A stretch of DNA of 64,000 bases from Marsupella aquatica (Eukaryota; Plantae; Marchantiophyta), in the NCBI GenBank assembly GCA_973895155.1, contig OZ316891.1:17544095-17608094 (forward strand), read 5' to 3'. The notes beneath the pieces were generated by a model. That model was given only the letters and a program-made list of their open reading frames with translations, searched no databases and was not told the DNA's origin. Positions 51,862-64,000 of the stretch are shown here, in pieces (positions within the stretch are counted from its first letter, which is position 1; every line of letters starts with the position of its first letter). Both the position numbers and the translations under genes were made by a program.

Positions 51862-54800
51862 TCAATGACTGTCATTTTGGACGTCAAACCATGGCTGTGA
51901 CAGATGCATAGTTGGAGAAGCAGCAGCCAGGCCTTCACCGCCATATATGGCCCTCTTCAGCACCATATAGTGCTCCTTCACAATCTCAAATGCTGTAGAC
52001 GAAAACTTTTCTTTCGCCTGTACACGATCCGCAAGGTAAGTCTAGCGGAACAATGATATGCGCAGTGGAAATCGCACAACTCCCAAGACAGTACACGACG
52101 AGATGGACGACTAAACCATGGGCTACGTAGATGACACCCATATATCTTTAGAAACCATGCCACCTTTACAAATTTAACAACTTACTTCTTCTTTGGTGGT
52201 TGTTGTGGCAGTTATCTTATTAAAGTCCAGCTCCGACGCGACAGCCAGACCCACCCCAGTGTACCCAACTAGCCTCTTTTCTCCCAGTTCCTTCTCTACC
52301 TGGAAAAAAACAAAAGAGTAGACGAGATGTTAATGTAAGCGCCGAAGAGGAAACACTAGTGAAGCTTGGGAAAAGAGCAACGCCTCGTTCCAATTACATC
52401 TCAAAAATGAGCTTTACCACCCTCCAGCGACAAACCAATAGGAGGATACGTTGAAATTCAAAAATTGAGCTGAGAAGCGAAAGTTTTCTAGAATTTATCA
52501 AGACCTTGCGAGGGGGTGGCATTATGTCATGACACAGTAACGACATTGGGTACATATGTCCAGGCACAGGCATATGCCCAAGCAGCCTCCGCATATTTTC
52601 TACAGCTGAAGCATCAAAGGCTGCCTGCGAGTACACAACCAATACACCATAATGAAGAAAAATTGTGATACTTAAGATGCCCAAAGGCCATCAAGAATTA
52701 GATCGTGCAATAGCCCAGGATACTACAATTAAACAGAAGTCCACAACTAGGAAAGCCAAAAGCAAAGCACCAAGTAATTCATTTTCTCCAAGTGATCCAG
52801 TGATAGGGTCTAAGAACTGGAAAGGCTAGCAAAAATGTCTTCAATTTTCATCCATTACTGGAGAGCAAATGTGATGCTTTTGAATCCAACTAAATCGGAA
52901 CTGACACTGAAGTCTAGCTTTGATGGACTTACTGGGGTCCAGTCATCCGTCACAGGGTCTGGGCGATCTCGCCCGCCACTTGGAGCAATCCAGACCAGCT
53001 GGCCACCTTTCCTGCAAAACTCGATGAAATACAGTCACGACTGGTGCCACGCGACTAGTTGCGTTTCAGGTGACTTAGAAACAATAATAATTACATAATA
53101 GTTGAGGACTCAACTGATAGTCATTCATTCTGGAAAGGGACACCATACTTGAGAATCGCACTCATTTCTTTCAATGTTCTAGTGTTTGCCCTCTGCTTCA
53201 TATCAGCATGCTCTGGGATGTCGTTGATGTGCTTTTTGGAGTAAACACATAAGAGATTCCTGATTGCCGGAAAAACGTCAGTAAAGAGGAAAAACAAAGT
53301 TTAAACAATCTTTGCAAGTATTTGACAGCAAGTGAAAGAGCAGTAACCTTCCACATTTCGTTCCTACTTGACCAAGTAGAAAGTAATGCGACAGGGGTCA
53401 GAATTTTCCAACTTGAGAAGAGAATCGATTATCACAATGTAGATTGAATTGCGCCAGTCAAGAGAAATACTGGAAGTAACGCCGAGCTTACCTGCCCATA
53501 CTGAAGGGCTTGCAAAAAGGATCCAGAACAACTCGGTCGCCGGCAATATATGTCTGCCACACCACAAACCAGAATCATGAAATTCATACTTGCACCCTAA
53601 CTCCCACAAGCCTGCCACAATCAAACCGGTCACTAAGAGATTTACCATGCCCAAAGCTTCCCGATATATGTGACATACCAGATTCTCAGCCAAATAAGGA
53701 TGACTGCGCTCCAGCAAAAGGGCCATCACAGCCGGATCAGCTTCAGTTTGATGGTTTGCAAATAAAAAGACGTTATGCCCCTGCATCCAAACAAGCGTCT
53801 CAGTCGTTCTACATCTATCTTGACATGTGTCCTACAACTTTCAAGTGAGGAGAAGACAGGTTCTCTGTACAGAATGCCGTCGACAACGGCAAAGGCAACT
53901 ATTCACGGACCTGTTTGAGATAGCTTTCGACTTCGTCAAACACCTCAGTATTCCCCAGGTAAGCATTTCTGCGCTTCCGACACATCATATGAGTGGATAG
54001 TAAAACTGGGATCGAGATCAACTAGAGCCACCAATCGAGGAGATACCGTTAGATGCAAAAACAACTCCCATTGTAGAGTACGATTTTATGCATGCGTGTT
54101 GCTTTGCACGTCACAAGCTTCCATACCTGTAATTTATCAACGGCCGGATATAGTTTTGGCCAAACGTGTAATAATCGTAAGGTTCCAGCATCCGCTTGTG
54201 ATAAGACGGAAAGGTGAATGGCTCCTGCGTAAATTGAAATAGTGACATCAGACGAGAGAAAGATGCCAATTAATACAGGCTATTGCAGGTATGAATAACG
54301 AGATCTGGGAAGTAGTCATCTTAGCTCTCGAGAAGGTGGTCGACGGACACGGACGACAAGAAAGTCCCGTCTCAACTTTAATAACTATATCTACATGTGC
54401 CTTTGAAACCCATTCGAAAATGATTGCCAAGAAATTTCTCAGACCAGCCAGCGTTACTGACGGCAAGGACTACAAATTTGTGGGAGAGGTCCAAACCTCG
54501 AACTGCACCATAATGCGGTCTAGCACGGTCGCCATTATCTGAATCACAGTCTCCATTGCATCGTCCACTCCACTGCTCAGCACCTGATTTTACGTACCGA
54601 GTTCAGAATTTGCGGCTCTGATTACGAAAGGTAGCATTGCGAGACTTAGAATGCAATGGAGGAGGGACATACTTTGATCGTGGAAGAAAATAAATCTTCT
54701 TACACAGTATCAGCCATACAAACATAGAGCTCGTGGAGTCGACCAAAATCGAACGAAAGGTTGCTGAAAACGGAATGAATATTCAGATGCCGACTCCCTT

Positions 54801-55838
54801 CGCATTGCAAGTGCCTCTTGCAACAAACTGCTAAGAGAATTTGAGAAACGCCTATGCGGAAGAGAAAGACGGCAATAACAACGGGACTCACCGCGTCCCG
54901 GTAGTTGCTGTAAAGCTCCAGCATTCCGGCACTGGCCCTAGGTTGCAGCTGCTTAGCCTCTACTTCGTATCTAATGCCGTTCAATAGTTCTGTTTGAAAA
55001 AATGTCATTGTCAATCCCTGCCTCTGTAAAATTTGTAGGCCGTGAAACTTTACCAATGCTGCCAAATTGTGATCAAATAATGAAGGTAGAAGGTTCCAGA
55101 TCAGTATGCGGTGACAAGAATCCCAGGGAAGAATACGATTTCACAACAAACCAGTATCATTGGGGCACACGAATTATTGATAGCTCAAGTAAAACGTATA
55201 TGGCATGGCAGTTCATACGGGGACATTGAAGGACAGGCTTACAAGCTTCTTCTGCGTTGAAAATTTGGGAGAAATGGATGGCTTAACAACTTGCCAGGAG
55301 GCATTCACGGAAGGACTGCCTATTACTATCCTGAGATTTTCCCCGAGTAAAAGTATTGCATGCGTGCGAGACGGACTTAGACTAACAGATTCGACAATTC
55401 AAGTCCTGATTCGTCCAAGTATTTCAAAATGGTTGGGAGCAGTCTCAGGAGTTCCCCCTAACCTTCTTCGGTGGTGATGCCCTCGAATGTCCTGGGTTGT
55501 GCAGCTGCCACTAGTGGCGAAGAAGAGCTGCCACGAGATGCAGCGTCGTTATCCAAGCGCAAGGCAGTGCCTGCAGTCTCTGCTACTTCCGTAATAGCAC
55601 TCACCCGCAAGTTCTTCAGAGAAAATTCGGAATTCCCAGCAGCCCATGGCTCTTTAGCTCGGTGAGAGGAAACAAGGAAGGGGGATGAGGGTGACTGATG
55701 AAATCCGGCCGGAAGCAATTTGATGGAAGCGATTGAAATCTTCACATTTGGTTTGAGTAGTGTTTGGGCACACAAACCAGTCGGACTCGGTCGAGCAGTG
55801 ACAGCCCCGGCAGCCGCTTGAAACACAGCCGCTGCCAT
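51862..55838 (-). CDS. ATS1: Plastid glycerol-3-phosphate acyltransferase, 12 exons
   Basis: Exons 55838-55463, 54989-54892, 54583-54497, 54224-54127, 53968-53911, 53780-53679, 53553-53492, 53259-53149, 53011-52933, 52624-52505, 52299-52186, 52017-51862. Catalytic NHQTEADP (HxxxxD), [38 protein letters not shown]. Ala/Ser-rich transit peptide. Confidence 0.95.
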
Positions 55839-57104
55839 AATCTCACTCGATTCCCAACTCTCCTCCTCTGCGCTCCCTCAGGACAGCCCCAACGAAAGAG
55901 AGGATAGAGAGATCACCAGGGTTTTTACTCTCAGCTCTACGTTGTAAAACTCCTCAACACCTCCACATTAAACGCCGTCCCATGATCTACAGCCACAATT
56001 CGGCACGTGGAGCAGCAAACAATTTCACTTCAGAATGGAGCAATGTCCGAGTGAGCAACAATCGAAAACTGCGCAAAACCTGGAGCAAATCTGGAACAAG
56101 GCCCAGAGAGGGTGTGGACAATGGATGGATGCCCTAGTGTCCAGAACTCGCCCAAAATAATGGTGACGTGCTACTAAAATGTGGTGACCCCAGTGCTATA
56201 CTGTGCTCAATGTCGGGAACAACCGAAAGCAGGAAACCCTCGAGGAATCACGGGGCGAGGAGAGCGGATTCTAGGAGGAGGAAGACGAGGAGCAGGAGCA
56301 GTGGGGCGGGGGGCAATGAAAAGGCTCGCGGAGTGATTGACGCCACACGTACGAAGCGCGGATAGAAGCAACACCACTGCGTATCGCACACATCTCCTCC
56401 AACCACAAACAAGGAAACGATCAAACGAGAACGACAAAGGCAGAACCGCGAGCTCTGCGACCGCCTCGTGCCTCGTGGGCCACAGCAAAATCACAGCAGG
56501 GGGCGTCACAGACACCGACAAACCCCGTAGCTTAAGGAGGGGGAACATCTGGGCCTATCGGACCGCTTCTGCCCTTCAGCTACAGCTACAGCACCACCAG
56601 AGTGCCAGACGAGACTCCTCTCATCTGGGCCTCTACTTCTCATTTGACTCATTTCCTTCGGCTCATCATTTTCTCTCCTCACGACTATTGTTTGATTTGT
56701 TTCGTCCGCTTTACATACCCTCCCCTCCAGTCCTACACCATCGCTTTTGCATCACTTTTTTTCTTCTGTGCTTGAATTGATGGATTCCACGAAATTGCAA
56801 GTCCACCATCGCTCTTGAGCCTCCAGAAAGAATAGTACATCACCTTTGCTTTCCTTTTTCTGGGTTTCAATTGAAGGATTACACGAAATTAGAACTGCAC
56901 CATCGCTTTCCGCTTTTGGAGGCCATTGCCTTTGAGAGAATAGTACAAAAGGGCGCACTTTGTTTGGAGGATGTGTACATAGGATGGGTACAGCAGAGTC
57001 CCAGAGAGAGATTGTAATCATTGTAATCAGCAAATGCGATCCAACGTCATCTTCCAAATCCAGCCTCTTCTCCAATAGAGTAGTCCAATTTTACACAGGC
57101 TAAT

Positions 57105-57400
57105 AAGGGGCCTTTACAAGAATGCGAGTACAAAATTTGACCCATCACTTGTGTTTTGCCATGCGTATCCATAGGTCCACTTATTTGATAAACTCTTACA
57201 CGACAAAAAAAGGTGATCACATCACTTGTGTTTTACCAATGTTACACGGGCTAAAGGGTCTTTACAAGATGGGTAGGATAAAATTGATCCATCACTTGTG
57301 TGTTACCATATTTATTCATAGGTCCATTTAATTAATAACTCTCTCATGACAAAAAAAAGGTACATCACTTGTGTTTTACCATATCTGATCCATAAGTCGA
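57105..57400. repeat. Degenerate tandem repeats (catcacttgtgttttaccat core, ~4 copies)
   Basis: The core recurs at ~57144, 57220, 57290 and 57363, within a larger ~145-bp period. Confidence 0.7.
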
Positions 57401-58871
57401 TGTAGTAAACTGACTCGGGACCAAAAAAGTGATCAAATAACGCATTTGATACTCCAATGATAGAAAGTGAAGAGACCAAGAACTGCTTTCAAACTACCAT
57501 GGCAAAAGGTGATCTAAACTTTGGCAAACATTACACTGTTCACATGAGCATTTGGGGACCCACTTGAGTCCATGTAGAATTGGGAGAAATCCAATGTAGG
57601 ATTGGTTTTACAAAGAATATTCAATTTCAGGTAAAGCCAAGTAAACATCATAATACTTGATATAAAAGGTTGTTTAAAATTAAAAAGCACATCTTGAAAG
57701 TGACTAGGATCGCAAAATTTCCTGTAAAGTAACCCCTCAATCTGATGTAAAGCCAAAGTGGATTGGTCACTTGATAACTCAAATTCCATGTAGTCCAAGG
57801 TGTATTGGTCACTGGATAACTCAATTTCATGTAACCTGAAGGTTGAGTGGTCACCCAATACGAGGGGTTGTGGTGAATGTAAAAGCAAAATCTTATAAAG
57901 GGGTTGTCCCCTGGTTCTCATACCCTTGTTCTTATACAGCTTCAAACCCTGACGAGGTCTGGTGTGTCAGCTGCCCTCCCCAGTCCCCTTAAGTAGCTCT
58001 GGGCTAAATGAATGAACTTAACCAAGTGGCTTTAGTCAATTGGCCAGGTATTAGCCTAGAACCAAGAGATCCCAGGTTTAATCCCCCGTCCACATGCAAT
58101 GGGTGTGAAGGGTATTATTTGTCGGTGGCCTAAGTGGTGGGAGTACTAGTTTCTCCTCAGCCGCTGGCTGGTCCGTTACAGGGCTCTAGTTCATCCCTCC
58201 TGCCATCCTGGTCTGGGTCCATGTCCGATCTCTGGGTTTGACCCCCCTTGCGGCTACCCTACAGAGGCGCATTCTCCAGAGTAGATCATCTATCTTCTGT
58301 TGGACGAGTCTACTCTCAGTTTCTAGGCAATTAATAACTATACTACAAGGTGTCATCTTACAGAACATAGTGTTTTCAGCTACTCACGAGTCAGAGAAGG
58401 GCAGCCTACTGCTTCTCAGAGGTGGCTTAATTGGCCTTGCAGGTAGGAGGGACAAGGATGAAAGATCTTGCCCTTGCTTGTGTGTACCTTGATGTAACCA
58501 CATGTACCTTGTGCCAATCTATTTATATGTATCTGAAGACTATAATATGTGATAGTAATTTTTGTTTCTCATTGTCAACTTAGGAAACGTCATGCTAGCT
58601 GGAAGTCTACCTACCAAATTATTATTTTGACATTTTTTACTAACCATGAGATGGGTCTCGAAGTCACTATATTGGCACTTTTTCACACCCAACCCATCAA
58701 TTTCCCCACAACTTGCTATATCTAACTAATATCAAACTACGAGGCCAGGGACTGAGTCTGAGAAATGATGACTTATCATAGGACAACTTTTGGGCTTTTT
58801 AGGCTTACCATGACAGATGTACTGCAGATTCTTCTCGTGGCTGTGATGTAACCTAGACGTGGTGAACCATG

Positions 58872-59020
58872 TATCTCTATGTCATTGTCAAAAGCACCCA
58901 ATATTGCAGACCAGAGCAAATTCTTTAATGACTCTTTTTCTTAACACGTATCTCTGTGTCATTGTCAAATTCACCCAACATTGCAGAGCAGAGCAAATTC
59001 TTTAATGACTCTTTTTCTTA
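58872..59020. repeat. Direct tandem duplication of ~76 bp
   Basis: gtatctct.tgtcattgtcaaa..cacccaa.attgcaga.cagagcaaattctttaatgactctttttctta occurs twice. Confidence 0.85.
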
Positions 59021-60637
59021 TCACCTCTGGGCGGATCAGAATTGTGGGTTTGATCCACACACACTAGCCCAACCACCTTCTTAACACATCTAAGGGTCAA
59101 TGTAATCAAGGAAATACTTGATGGGGCCCTTGCAGGGAAAGACTTGACGAGACCCCTGCAAGGAAAGACTTGACGAGGCCCCTCCTTTTGAAAAGGACTT
59201 GTTGGAAGCCCCATTCCTCTTGCCCTGACAGATTCCCTGCCACCCCAGCCCCTCCACTATTGCAACCCTCCTCTACACAGCCTGATACCCCAAGGCCATT
59301 TTGATCTGCCAACCTATTTTTAAAGGTTTTCCTAAATGAATATCACCTGGTTTGCAATAGAATATTCTAATTAGTTTGAGGGCCACATGGTTATGTAAGT
59401 TTGATGTTATTTAACAAGTTGGAGCCATCATGAAGACTTGCATTCTGAATAGGTTTGAATATGGAGATGAGAGGACAAAAGAGTAAATTAATTGTGGTAA
59501 TTGCCCATGCAAAATGTGCCCTTAGTCTATACAGTCCATGTAACATTCACTAAAATCCATGCAAGAAGTTATTGTAGTTGCATGAAGTTTTTTTTTACTT
59601 TCCCTTGGTATTCTCTATCCATAGTAGTTTCTTATTGTCCCTTGATATTCCCTTGTCCATAGTAGCCAAAGGGTTCCTTATTGCCCCTTGGTATTCCCCG
59701 TGTACAGTAGGTGAAGAGTCTCTTTCTACCCATGGTTACATACAATTTGTCAATTAAATAGAATATTCAAGCATAGTACTGGAAAACACTGATTTATCAA
59801 TCATGATCCACCCAAACCTTATTTTCTTTTACTCAATTTTTTTGTTTGTTTATTTGAAGTCTTATTTTCCAATCTTCCATTGTTTTTACAGTTACAAGTT
59901 ACAGGGCTTAATTGTTTTGTATTTGTCTTGTCTCAAAACACAAACAAAAACAATCATGCTTCATTTTTCTTTCATAACTAATTGCTCTTGTTTATGGCCA
60001 ATAACACTTCTGTGGTCCAGGGAAGCTCCTAGCTTCCCATGGGGAGCCCTAAAAACACTCATTGTATCGTTTCCTAAATTACTTTCTAACCATTAGATCT
60101 CACTAGAGCTACGAGAACCACCCTCAATGGTCCATCTAAAAGTGGGACCCCAGACCTTTATAATTGTTGAATTTTCCATGGACATGTCCACCCGTGCGAA
60201 GGAGAGGGTGCGTGAAGGCCGTCTGGCTTGCGACGTAGGACGTGCGACGGAACCCAGCTCCAACGAATGGCCTGCTGCCCTATGAGGGCGGAGGATGTCG
60301 GTCCCCAAGCGAAACAGTCGTGCTCTTCTCTAGTCAGTACACAACACAACAGTGCAGTGCGAGTCGAAAAGCATGCTCGAGTTTAGCATTTGAGGAGGAA
60401 GGAGAAGGAAGGAGGAGGACTTTGTGCTTTTGTGTATTTAGATGGTTGCTGCCGGCAGAGCTGCTTTTGCTTTTTCCCATTGTGCAGTCCGGTTGTCGAT
60501 TTGAATTCCTTTGTCCTCTCGTTCGGGGAGGTTTTGCTCGATATTCTCTCACGGGCCCGACGCACAGATCAGCGTGGACAACAAAACGTACCTTGTTTTC
60601 GAGAGCGCGATTCCTTCAGTAAGCGGCTGTGCTCACG

Positions 60638-63618
60638 ATGACGCCGAAGACACTGCTCCGATGGCTCTCTCCTCTGATCCTGCTCACGCTCGTACTCGCC
60701 CTGATCGCCTCCGCTCCCTCGTCAGGTATGTGTGATTGACTCTGCGGACTCGGGTGCCTTGACTGCTTAATTTCGCCCTCTTTTGTGGTGCGGTGCCATG
60801 TGTTGTCGGTGATGATCGGCTGGTTCGCTCAGGGTTTCAGATTTTTTGTGCCGTAGTGGTATGCTGCTGGATGTTTGTGTTGCAGTTAGTTAGGATGTCC
60901 TATGACTTTCGTTTAGCTCGACAAGAGCCCATAGAGTTTGGGGACTCTGGAGAGTAGTCCTTTTGATTCGCGTTTCGTTATCGGCAGCAGCTTTGTCTTT
61001 CTGTGTATCGAGATGTCGTTTTCTGACAGCCAGGACCTGAACTCTGCGGCAACCTAGATCCCGTTTTTTTTTTTCGCTTTCCCTTTTGGACGGTATTATT
61101 GACTGCCTAGGAGCTCGAGTCGTGGGGGTTGCGAGAGTCTTGTAGGGGTTTCCGTTGCTTCGGGATCTGGAATGACCTTTAATTTTTATCTGGCTTTGGC
61201 GTCCAGCTGCTAGCGATGATTTAGTGGAAGAGTTTGAGGAAGCCGGAGCTGCGGATGGCGGTGAAGTCGGACTTGTTGGCGAGGAATTGGATGATTTTTT
61301 CAGCGGTGACGTTTTGGGATCTGCCCCGGGTGTGGACACCGTCGTTTATTTTCCGAAGGATCATGACAAACGTAAGTATGTGGGACTTTGAATGCAACGT
61401 CAGGTGTCGAGGTTCAGGAGTGATGTGGAACAGGATAGAAAGTTTACAGGTCGGGTATGCAAAACTTGTAGGTCGAGTAGGCGAACTCGCCTAGGATCCA
61501 TTCGCTGACACCTGCTTTATTGTTGCTGTGCCTCCAGTCATCGTAGCAGGAGAAAAGTCTGAGATTCTCGTTGGAGTCAGCAACTTTGGTATGTGACCTG
61601 TTGACTAAGTTCTTGATTTATTTAGAGAATGCTTTGTAGGGTGGCTACTGTCCAACAATACCGTCGCAAAGTAAGTCTTTTTAAACTATCTTAGTTTACC
61701 TCCTGTATAGCCATCGCACTTTGGAACCCTAACCGACGAGAAAAGGCATTTGAGAGTTGGCCGATGCAATTGAATCTGATAAACACTAAATCCTGTATCA
61801 GGAAGTCTGTAGATAGAGTCCTGTTTAACAGTTTTCAATGCGCTTCTAGGTGATTGTCGAGGGCACTAGAGACGGGTTGGCATTGGTAGCTGTTTTCAAA
61901 TTAGTGTCTGGGGATCTCATAGTTTGCATTGTTGGCTTAGATAATTAGAATTGGATAACCTTGTCCTGCACGCGTTTCCGCTGCCTCGCAGGCCCCCTTC
62001 TTCTTGTTTAATTCCTAAGGAGGGAGGAATCCAGTAGTCCCATAATGAGTTTCCCTTGAGGCTTTTCATTTCTCGGTCAATTTTGGGTCTCGATTCGATT
62101 GAGATTGCAAGGCAATACGCAGGATAGTATGCCTGTTTTAGTTAGAAAAGGTCAGTTTTATATTGTTGCTCGATTGGGGGCAGGTAGGGCAGGAAACTTG
62201 TCTGGAATCACTCAGCAATAACTCATTGTTGACTTGTTGTCGCTTTGTAGGGGAGTCTCCATTGAAGGTGACGTCTATCCGGGCGAGCATCAACTTGCCC
62301 TATGACCACAGAGTCTTTGTCCAAAATTTCACTGCTCAGGTTAGACCTCTCATTTCCCTCTGTATATGTTTAGGGGCTTCAATCACAACTTCATGCTTTT
62401 AGTGCGATATCTATGTATAGCAAGAATTATTTTGTAGCCTTAGTTGGTCTAAATGTGTCGTACACACCTCAACACGCTCATTCTGTAACTTGCTTGGGGC
62501 AAGTGGTAAGCTGGGCTACGGTAGTCGCTTTTTCGGAATTTTCTGATATGGGAGAACTCGAATGTTTACTCAAGTCCTGACAAATAATATCGTGTCTTTT
62601 GAATGGACGTTCTCTTCCTTGCTGTGAGAAGACGACCTGATTCTTGCCCTTGCAATGGGTTGATTTTGGTCCATTCTTTATCTGTCGCAGGAATTTGTCA
62701 ACTCAACTGTGCCTTCAGGAATTCAAGCATCGTTTCCTTACTCCTTCACCATCAGTAAATATTTGCAGGTTTGTGCTAATGTCGCAGTCCATTAAAACGG
62801 GATTAACATGAAGAACATTCCTTTTGAATCATCTCCTGCATTGCAGAGAATTTTGTGCTGGTTTCCAGTTGAATGACCAGGGTGTTTGTTTCTCCCCGTC
62901 ATTTGCTCGATAGGTTCTCGTAGGCCAATACCCATAATCAGATTATGAAACTTGGAAAGCTTGCACTGATGAGCCATTTGAATGCAGCCCGGAGGGTTCG
63001 CTCTCGTAGCAAGTATCTATTACGATATCGACAACCAGGCCCACAGGACCACATTTTACAATGGCACAGTGGAGGTCGTTGAGGCACATGGCTTTTTCAG
63101 TGGGGAAACTCTTTTCCTCATAACTCTGGGCCTAGGGTTGTCCGGTCTTCTTGGGATCTGGGCATATGGACAGATTCAGCGTATGTCAAAGGTGAGAACT
63201 GCTGTTTGGTTGCAATCAGTATTAATCAGGTTGTATTGGCCGATTCGCGTATATCTTTCTTCATGTTGGAGAGATTCTATACAAGAAGGTTTGCATCTGA
63301 TGTAGTGCTCCAATCAAGAACATGTAAGGCGCAGGGATGTTGTATTATCTGGGCCGTTTTATATCGAGCTTGATTTGGGTGGTACTCGCAGAAATGTGTC
63401 GTGTTAGAGTTAGAACGTTCTTATAGAAGGTGGATTTTCGCTATACTGTATTTCAGGACTTCTTGGAATTGTACCAGTATGTGTAGTTTCTTCCTAGTCT
63501 AATCTATCGAGCTTAAATATGCTAGTTTTGGGGATTCATCTTGCAGAAAGCTCGGAGAACCAAGAAGGTTGAAACTGGCACTCGGAGCACAGATGCAGCA
63601 AATAATGAATGGCTACAG
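60638..63618 (+). CDS. Translocon-associated protein subunit alpha (TRAP-alpha/SSR1); last exon probably beyond the window
   Basis: Exons 60638-60725 (signal peptide), 61207-61371 (acidic region, APGVDTVVYFP), 61538-61588, 62251-62339 (SIRASINLPYDHRVFVQNFT), 62691-62768, 62988-63191 (TFYNGTVEVVE plus TM helix), 63547-63618 (KKVETGT...NEWLQ). Confidence 0.92.
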
Positions 63619-63790
63619 GTCTGTTTCCCAAGTATTCCGAAGTCAATGTTGCTCCCAATTCTCCCTTGTCTTTTACATAATGGAAATAAACTTGAACTGA
63701 TGCCACTTATTGTTGAGGAACCTGAAGTTCGATATAGCTAGGAAGGGACTGCCATATTAAAAGTGAGTCGGTATTGTCAAGCAATCTGTT

Positions 63791-63874
63791 GATTTCTGGT
63801 TCCAAAAGAGTTGCATTGCAATAGATATGCAATTGTTCCTTAGATCTATTTTTCATTGCTTGGAACCAGAAATC
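63791..63874. other. Intronic hairpin (15-bp perfect inverted repeat plus inner 7-bp stem)
   Basis: gatttctggttccaa ... ttggaaccagaaatc, with inner aatagat/atctatt. Confidence 0.6.
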
Positions 63875-64000
63875 TGGATCTGTTTGCTTGGATCAATCTC
63901 TTTCTTGGAAGGATTATGTGTATAAAGACTGAATCTAAAAGACAAGCGTTTTGAAAGGATCAAAAAATCTGACAGCAAACAGGAACCTATTTTCGTGCAT

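Noticed and set aside
56168-56780. Overlapping ORFs upstream of GPAT
   Set aside because: These are low-complexity, GC-rich promoter-type sequence with no domain or splice structure.
58025-58090. tRNA gene or tRNA-derived SINE head (A-box/B-box-like motifs)
   Set aside because: The boxes are degenerate, no cloverleaf could be folded, and no TSD or tail was identified.
63741-63780. Final TRAP-alpha exon (GTA..-like peptide)
   Set aside because: No AG acceptor in the required phase; the true last exon probably lies beyond the window.

Overview
Eukaryotic, intron-rich land-plant DNA. A non-seed plant such as a bryophyte is inferred from the gene structures and TE types, but cannot be proven from the window. 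Bases 1-27,000 are a nest of transposable elements; 28,000-64,000 is gene-rich. The host genes, whose exons were traced by hand at GT-AG junctions with frame checks, are a WAT1/UMAMIT EamA transporter (+), a THUMP-domain protein (-), an S-protein-homologue secreted protein (+), mitochondrial SSADH/ALDH5F1 (+, 20 exons), plastid GPAT/ATS1 (-, 12 exons) and TRAP-alpha (+, running off the window). The most striking object is a decayed DNA transposon of more than 10 kb at 1-~10,346, with two divergently transcribed genes. On the minus strand is a Sola-like (DUF7869-type) DDE transposase with three N-terminal Tnp1/En-Spm-like (DUF8039-type) repeats. On the plus strand is a spliced cargo gene that joins a ParB/Srx-like domain, a bacterial-type beta-class N4C/N6A DNA-methyltransferase fold and an FCP1/HAD phosphatase domain. 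The introns and non-coding parts of this element carry about 20 copies of a 21-bp palindrome (GGCTCGAGAT[C/G]RTCTCGAGCC) that I did not find elsewhere in the window. Together these suggest a self-targeting, parS/VANC-like epigenetic module. The element appears nested in a Copia element. Also present are a complete non-autonomous LTR element with TSDs, L1 and CRE-type non-LTR remnants, a MITE and several tandem repeats. No rRNA, intact tRNA or CRISPR array was seen.
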